Shown piece after piece: positions 61,501-64,000 of a stretch of 64,000 nucleotides of DNA (positions within the stretch are counted from its first letter, which is position 1; each line of letters begins with the position of its first letter). The stretch is from the NCBI GenBank assembly GCA_038087875.1, contig CM075998.1, positions 5,830,001 to 5,894,000 on the forward strand. Reading direction: 5' to 3'. The DNA is from Malacoraja senta (lineage: Eukaryota). The notes under the pieces are model-generated. The model searched no databases. It was not told the DNA's origin and worked only from the letters and a program-made list of their open reading frames with translations. Made by a program: the position numbers and the translations under genes.

Positions 61501-63755
61501 ACACGTGGGAATGCAACAGCTCCTCACTAGATGGAAGGACCATGGCCGCAGTGAGAGGCATTTCTCCCGTCTTTCACTGGGGCCTTTATTCCGCACATGG
61601 GCTGGAACCTCCCATGGGAAAGATCGACAGTACATAGATACATAGATACATAGAAATTAGGTGCAGGAGTAGGCCATTCGGCCCTTCGAGCCTGCACCGC
61701 CATTCAATACGATCATGGCTGATCATCCAACTCAGTATCCCGTACCTGCCTTCTCTCCATACCCCCTGATTCCTTTAGCCACAAGGGCCACATCTAATTC
61801 CCTCAGTAGACGTGGAAGAATAAAAAGTAAGACTCTGAAGAAGGGTCTCGACCCGAAATGTCACCCATTTCTCCTCTCCAGAGATGCTGCCTGAGTTACT
61901 CCATCAAAAGTAAGACCGATGTCCCTTTGGTCAATGGGGACATTGCTCACATTAAATGCCACAACGTAAAGGAGCAAAGAGAGATGAGCTCCTTAGCTCC
62001 TCAACCCCATGTGTCGATGCTCTGTAGGAGCCTCGTGTTCTTCATCTCACCCCATCATCGCAACCTTCTCCCCTTTCCCCCTAGCTGGTTTCCTTTTAAA
62101 GGTATCTATGCTGCCATGCTGAAGAGAGACACAAAATGCTGGAGTAACTCAGCGGGACAGGCAGCATCTCTGGAGAGAAGGAATGGGTGACGTTTCGGGT
62201 CGAGACCCTTCTTCAGACTGAGAGTCGGGGGAAAGGGAAACGAGAGATATAGACGATGATGTAGAGAGATAAAGAACAAATGAATGAAAGATATGCAAAA
62301 AAGTAACGATGATAAAGGAGACAGGCCATTGTTTGCTGTGGGCTAGGTGAAAACCAGTTACAGACAATGAGACTCAACAAGATGACTTTGAAACAAATAC
62401 AACGACTTGGTTGGGGGAGGGATGGAGGGAGAGGGGATGCAAGGGTTACTTGAAGTTAGAGAAATTAATATTCTATTTCATGTTGATTGCCTCAATTAAT
62501 CCTTGCAAAAGTCCATTTCACCTACGTACAATTATGTTTGAAAAATAATTTGCCCCTGAATGACCTTTCTGTATATTAATTGCACTATTACAAGGATATT
62601 GTAAGAAAGTGGTATGGATGCCTTTAAGAGGGACCAAGATAGTTTCTCCACATCTCTCCTTGCAAATACTTTCTTAAAGATCCCTTTACTGGGGAAAAGA
62701 ACCCCAGCCATTCCCAATAGCTACAACCTCTCAGTTCTGGCATCATTTTCTGCCAGGATACTGGGCCTATAATGGGCCTCAGATGTCCCAACATCGAGCC
62801 AAGTCATCGCACAGCCCAAGAAGCATTCTCTTCACTTAACTGTTTCGCACATTCTTTTCATGTGTTTAACACAATATCTGAGTGAAACTCTCCATTGGAG
62901 AGGAACTTAGAGAGTTGCTTAGTCTTCTCAAAAGGATTGACCCCACCTGAACCCTTTATCTCCTGACCACAGTGTCCTGGTTACTGACCACATTTCACCT
63001 TGGCTTAGACTTCCGCTCCCTTTCAAAGGAAGAAAGGCCACAAGCAGTATTGAACACAGCAAAAGGTGCAGTGGGTAGAGTTGCTGCCTCACAGCGCCAG
63101 AGACCCTGGTTCGATCCTGACTGCGGGTGCTGTCTGTGTGTGTGGAGTTTGCATGTTCTCCCTGTGACCGCGTGGGCTTTCTCCGGGTGCTCTGGTTTCC
63201 TCCCACATTCCAAATACATGCCGTTTGTAAGTTAATTGGCCCTCTGTAAATTGCCCCTATTGTGTAAGGATGAGAAAGTGGGATAACATAGAACTAGTGT
63301 GAATGGGTGATCGATGGTCAGCATGGACTCGGTGGGCCGAAGGGCCTGTAACCATGCTGTATCAGTAGACTAAAACTAAACTAAACTCAATGGAAACAGA
63401 TGGATAAATCTGATGTATTTTGGAACAAGGCAAATGATTGTGGACAGTTGTAAATTGCCCCTGGTGTGTAAGATGCAATAGTGGGATAACATGGAACTAT
63501 TGGTTGATGTAGACTCACCTGTTTCCATGCTGTGTCTCTAAACTCATCTAAATGTAGCAAGAGCTATGGACCAGTGGTCTTGTCACTTCTAGTTGCTCTG
63601 CACCACAGGCAAGTGCATGATCTAAGCTCACAACACAAAAGAGTTAACACATTTCCCCCCTCTCTTTCCAGGACAAGAATCTGGACTGTGTGGCAAATAC
63701 TAACGGTTCTCAGGCTGAATGTGAGCTGGGAAACCCCATGAAGCGAAATGCTGAG
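31345..63755 (+). CDS. itga7: Integrin alpha subunit, laminin-binding ITGA6/ITGA7 subfamily (probable integrin alpha-7); partial gene, 10 internal exons
   Basis: Exons 31345-31538, 34764-34852, 36003-36130, 37426-37521, 43969-44030, 46455-46630, 47262-47411, 50923-51032, 58190-58373 and 63672-63755 all have AG/GT boundaries and splice in frame. Motifs: FG-GAP and Ca-binding ([38 protein letters not shown]), genu ([12 protein letters not shown]) and calf-1 ([16 protein letters not shown]). Exon lengths 128/96/150 fit ITGA7 as recalled; the ITGA7 vs ITGA6 call is inference. Confidence 0.85.
31957..32905 (+). mobile_element. CR1 LINE 3' fragment
   Basis: ORF 31711..32637 from [18 protein letters not shown] onward is CR1 RT/C-terminus; same subfamily as 12089-13587. 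Confidence 0.9.
33968..34565 (-). mobile_element. CR1 LINE 3' fragment
   Basis: ORF 34205..34546 ([19 protein letters not shown]...). Confidence 0.88.
34764..34852 (+). CDS. itga7: Integrin alpha exon ([30 protein letters not shown])
   Basis: Acceptor cttattttataag|AC, donor CAG|gtaccc; 89 nt, phase 1 to 0; FG-GAP motif. Confidence 0.95.
35560..35905 (-). mobile_element. HE1-like V-SINE (with a short pLTR-tail insert at about 35706-35733)
   Basis: Reverse SINE; AACCTACAAACCTG duplicated around ACTCCAGCATCTGCAGTTCCTTC. Confidence 0.75.
36003..36130 (+). CDS. itga7: Integrin alpha exon ([43 protein letters not shown])
   Basis: Acceptor tccctctcgtag|ATC, donor AG|gtgaga; 128 nt; last propeller blade with Ca-binding loop. 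Confidence 0.95.
36727..37200 (+). mobile_element. CR1 LINE 3' fragment
   Basis: ORF 36732..37229. Confidence 0.88.
37426..37521 (+). CDS. itga7: Integrin alpha exon ([32 protein letters not shown]), start of thigh domain
   Basis: Acceptor tcttgtccgcag|A, donor TG|gtaaga; 96 nt, phase 2 to 2. Confidence 0.93.
38115..38478 (+). mobile_element. CR1 LINE 3' fragment
   Basis: [21 protein letters not shown].. [14 protein letters not shown]; (CTTATGAN)n tail. Confidence 0.8.
40370..40808 (-). mobile_element. HE1-like V-SINE copies (partial plus full)
   Basis: Reverse SINE tail at 40370-40510 and a full copy at 40515-40808. Confidence 0.75.
41764..42083. mobile_element. MITE, PIF/Harbinger-like
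   Basis: About 62-bp near-perfect TIRs starting AGGCCCTGTCCCACTT; TTA duplicated at 41761-41763 and 42084-42086. Confidence 0.88.
42645..43200 (+). mobile_element. Penelope-like element fragment (GIY-YIG plus pLTR)
   Basis: [38 protein letters not shown]...[15 protein letters not shown]; pLTR follows. Confidence 0.82.
43203..43652 (+). repeat. 66-bp tandem array (7 units) directly downstream of the pLTR hammerhead-like core
   Basis: Near-identical units; degenerate core CTGAAGAAGAGTCCCGACCCAAAGCGTC at 43183-43210. Confidence 0.92.
43969..44030 (+). CDS. itga7: Integrin alpha exon ([20 protein letters not shown])
   Basis: Acceptor tttttttctgtcccacag|T, donor G|gtaagt; 62 nt, phase 2 to 1. 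Confidence 0.92.
45589..46191 (-). mobile_element. Non-coding Penelope-derived insertion containing a 7 x 66-bp array and an inverted pLTR arm
   Basis: Flanked by GGATTACCCTTG at 45577-45588 and 46192-46203; pLTR tail at the left, array at about 45631-46093, inverted arm with CTGAAGAAGGGTCTCGATCCGAAATGTC at the right. Confidence 0.85.
46455..46630 (+). CDS. itga7: Integrin alpha exon (VLGFAIEAD...PPRVTFLKR...CVNVTMKLQ)
   Basis: Acceptor ttgcttgcag|TT, donor CAG|gtaagg; 176 nt, phase 1 to 0; within ORF 46430..46672. Confidence 0.93.
46695..47192. repeat. G-rich minisatellite, about 38-bp unit, about 13 copies, filling most of a 631-bp intron
   Basis: Unit GGGTGTATGGGCGTGGGGGAGCAGTACTGGGGTACAGT with variants. 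Confidence 0.93.
47262..47411 (+). CDS. itga7: Integrin alpha exon ([16 protein letters not shown]...[14 protein letters not shown])
   Basis: Acceptor ctcacag|GAG, donor GAG|gtgggt; 150 nt, phase 0 to 0; DKL.PI..T and PVLN motifs. Confidence 0.93.
47611..48722 (-). mobile_element. CR1 LINE 3' fragment (distinct subfamily)
   Basis: ORF 47656..48393, 245 aa open CR1 C-terminus; upstream SGVPQG remnant; (ATATGGTT)n tail. Confidence 0.9.
48745..49057 (+). mobile_element. HE1-like V-SINE
   Basis: Full-length copy with (TAAAC)n tail. Confidence 0.8.
49387..49583. mobile_element. Inverted Penelope pLTR pair (hairpin) inserted in an (ATTG)n tract
   Basis: About 70-bp arms 49424-49494 and 49510-49580 are reverse complements with few mismatches; extra tail on the left arm only; GATTGATTGATG on both sides. 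Confidence 0.8.
49948..50306 (-). mobile_element. Degraded DeuSINE (SacSINE1/AmnSINE-like) copy
   Basis: Collinear with the recalled reverse consensus: ..CTCCCACAAAC.GC..TGAG.., CCTGCTC.TCT..CCATGG..TTTT..CCACCTGAGA.GG.AGA.., CTCCCTCAGTA.TGC.CTG. Confidence 0.6.
50314..50812 (-). mobile_element. L2-clade LINE 3' end
   Basis: [13 protein letters not shown](V)[27 protein letters not shown]...RPLRS....[21 protein letters not shown]; 3' UTR with TGTAAAGCACTTTG..TGTGGTATATAAATAAA and (CTTGA)n tail. Confidence 0.88.
50923..51032 (+). CDS. itga7: Integrin alpha exon ([36 protein letters not shown]), genu
   Basis: Acceptor gtgcttgcag|GTG, donor CT|gtaaga; 110 nt, phase 0 to 2; genu CG.D.IC..NL motif. 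Confidence 0.94.
51195..51582 (-). mobile_element. Penelope-like 3' fragment / pLTR
   Basis: GIY-YIG C-terminal remnant ([15 protein letters not shown]) and pLTR with hammerhead-like core at about 51272-51305. Confidence 0.75.
51731..52034 (+). mobile_element. HE1-like V-SINE
   Basis: Near-consensus copy. Confidence 0.85.
52768..53285 (+). mobile_element. CR1 LINE 3' fragment
   Basis: ORF 52680..53228 from CVQFWAPCY onward. Confidence 0.88.
53491..53808 (-). mobile_element. HE1-like V-SINE
   Basis: Reverse full-length copy. Confidence 0.82.
54063..54366 (-). mobile_element. HE1-like V-SINE
   Basis: Reverse full-length copy. Confidence 0.82.
55285..55680 (+). repeat. Local duplication, copy 1 (SINE 3' half plus about 265 bp of non-repeat flank); copy 2 at 60868-61278
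   Basis: Near-identical sequence (ORFs 55422..55646 and 61005..61229 differ by one residue); one 15-bp indel. Confidence 0.92.
55908..56615. mobile_element. Cluster of alternating-orientation Penelope pLTR pieces forming a foldback
   Basis: 55930-56165 is the reverse complement of about 56313-56552, including a chimeric junction. Confidence 0.75.
56970..57642 (-). mobile_element. Penelope-like element fragment (GIY-YIG plus pLTR)
   Basis: [45 protein letters not shown]...[10 protein letters not shown]. Confidence 0.85.
58190..58373 (+). CDS. itga7: Integrin alpha exon ([26 protein letters not shown]...[27 protein letters not shown]), calf-1
   Basis: Acceptor cttcattgcag|A, donor CAG|gtacca (3' boundary slightly less certain); 184 nt, phase 2 to 0. 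Confidence 0.9.
58624..59076 (+). mobile_element. CR1 LINE 3' fragment
   Basis: ORF 58629..59000. Confidence 0.88.
59327..59710 (-). mobile_element. Penelope-like fragment (GIY-YIG C-half, internally deleted pLTR)
   Basis: [33 protein letters not shown]...[17 protein letters not shown]. Confidence 0.8.
59773..60228 (-). repeat. 66-bp tandem array (7 units) abutting a hammerhead-like core (about 60218-60248)
   Basis: Period exactly 66 (GTCAGGCAGC at 59791, 59857, 59923, 59989, 60055, 60121, 60187). Confidence 0.95.
60681..60867. mobile_element. hAT-superfamily MITE (187 bp) inserted in a V-SINE
   Basis: Perfect 14-bp TIR CAGGGCCGGATTTA; 8-bp TSD GTTAATTG at 60673-60680 and 60868-60875; extra internal right TIR at 60786-60799. 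Confidence 0.92.
60868..61278 (+). repeat. Local duplication, copy 2
   Basis: Matches 55285-55680. Confidence 0.92.
61275..61503. mobile_element. Inverted Penelope pLTR pair with back-to-back hammerhead-like cores
   Basis: CGTGGGAATGCAACA at 61260-61274 and 61504-61518; arms meet at CTTCTTCAAACTGAAGAAG. Confidence 0.8.
61375..61405 (+). ncRNA. Minimal hammerhead-ribozyme-like motif (Penelope pLTR), sense to the integrin pre-mRNA
   Basis: CTGAAGA-A-GGGT(CTCG)ACCC-GAAA-CGTC-ACC. Confidence 0.5.
62121..62472 (-). mobile_element. Penelope-like pLTR with intact hammerhead-like core (62186-62220)
   Basis: Near-identical to 23345-23668. Confidence 0.8.
63064..63387 (+). mobile_element. HE1-like V-SINE
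   Basis: SINE head, V-domain and (TAAAC)n tail. Confidence 0.8.
63672..63755 (+). CDS. itga7: Integrin alpha exon ([28 protein letters not shown]), calf-1
   Basis: Acceptor tctctttccag|GAC, donor GAG|gtatgt; 84 nt; CELGNPMK motif. Confidence 0.94.
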
Positions 63756-64000
63756 GTATGTGAGAGGCTCCATTTGGCCAGATGTTGCCAGAACTCCAGG
63801 GTGTGAGCTACAGGGAGAGGTTGAGCAGGCTGGGACTCTATTCCTTGGAGTTCAGGAGGATGAGGCCTGTGATCCCGACACTCTTGGTCTCCACTGTGGA
63901 CTCCATGTGTAGTCTAGCGATGGAAAGATATACCGGGTTCTGTCACACACGATGGTTCAGAGTAGCTCCGGTCCTGTGTTGTGACTGGGATTGACTGCCC

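Overview
Vertebrate genomic DNA, almost certainly from a cartilaginous fish (shark/ray/skate), judged from dense HE1-type V-SINEs and HER1/CR1-type LINEs. One protein-coding gene is supported: ten consecutive internal exons (31345-63755, + strand, all GT-AG, phases compatible, 1273 nt, about 424 codons without a stop) of a laminin-binding integrin alpha subunit. It is most like ITGA7, with ITGA6-like calf-1 exons, and covers the late beta-propeller FG-GAP repeats, the thigh/genu and calf-1. No upstream exon was recognised in 1-31344, which contains a 200-N assembly gap. Most of the remaining sequence is interspersed repeat: CR1 LINE 3' fragments, tRNA-derived V-SINEs, Penelope-like elements (GIY-YIG remnants and pseudo-LTRs with a minimal hammerhead-like core), L2, RTE and Rex/Babar remnants, degraded DeuSINE-like copies and several non-autonomous DNA transposons with clear TIRs/TSDs. 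The most unusual structure is a set of Penelope-derived, hammerhead-bearing non-coding insertions. They form inverted hairpins, and some carry near-identical 66-bp tandem arrays whose unit boundary lies at the hammerhead 3' core; three separate arrays have exactly 7 units. Almost all ORFs in the supplied track are repeat-derived or spurious. Comparisons to known proteins and repeat families are from memory, not from database searches.
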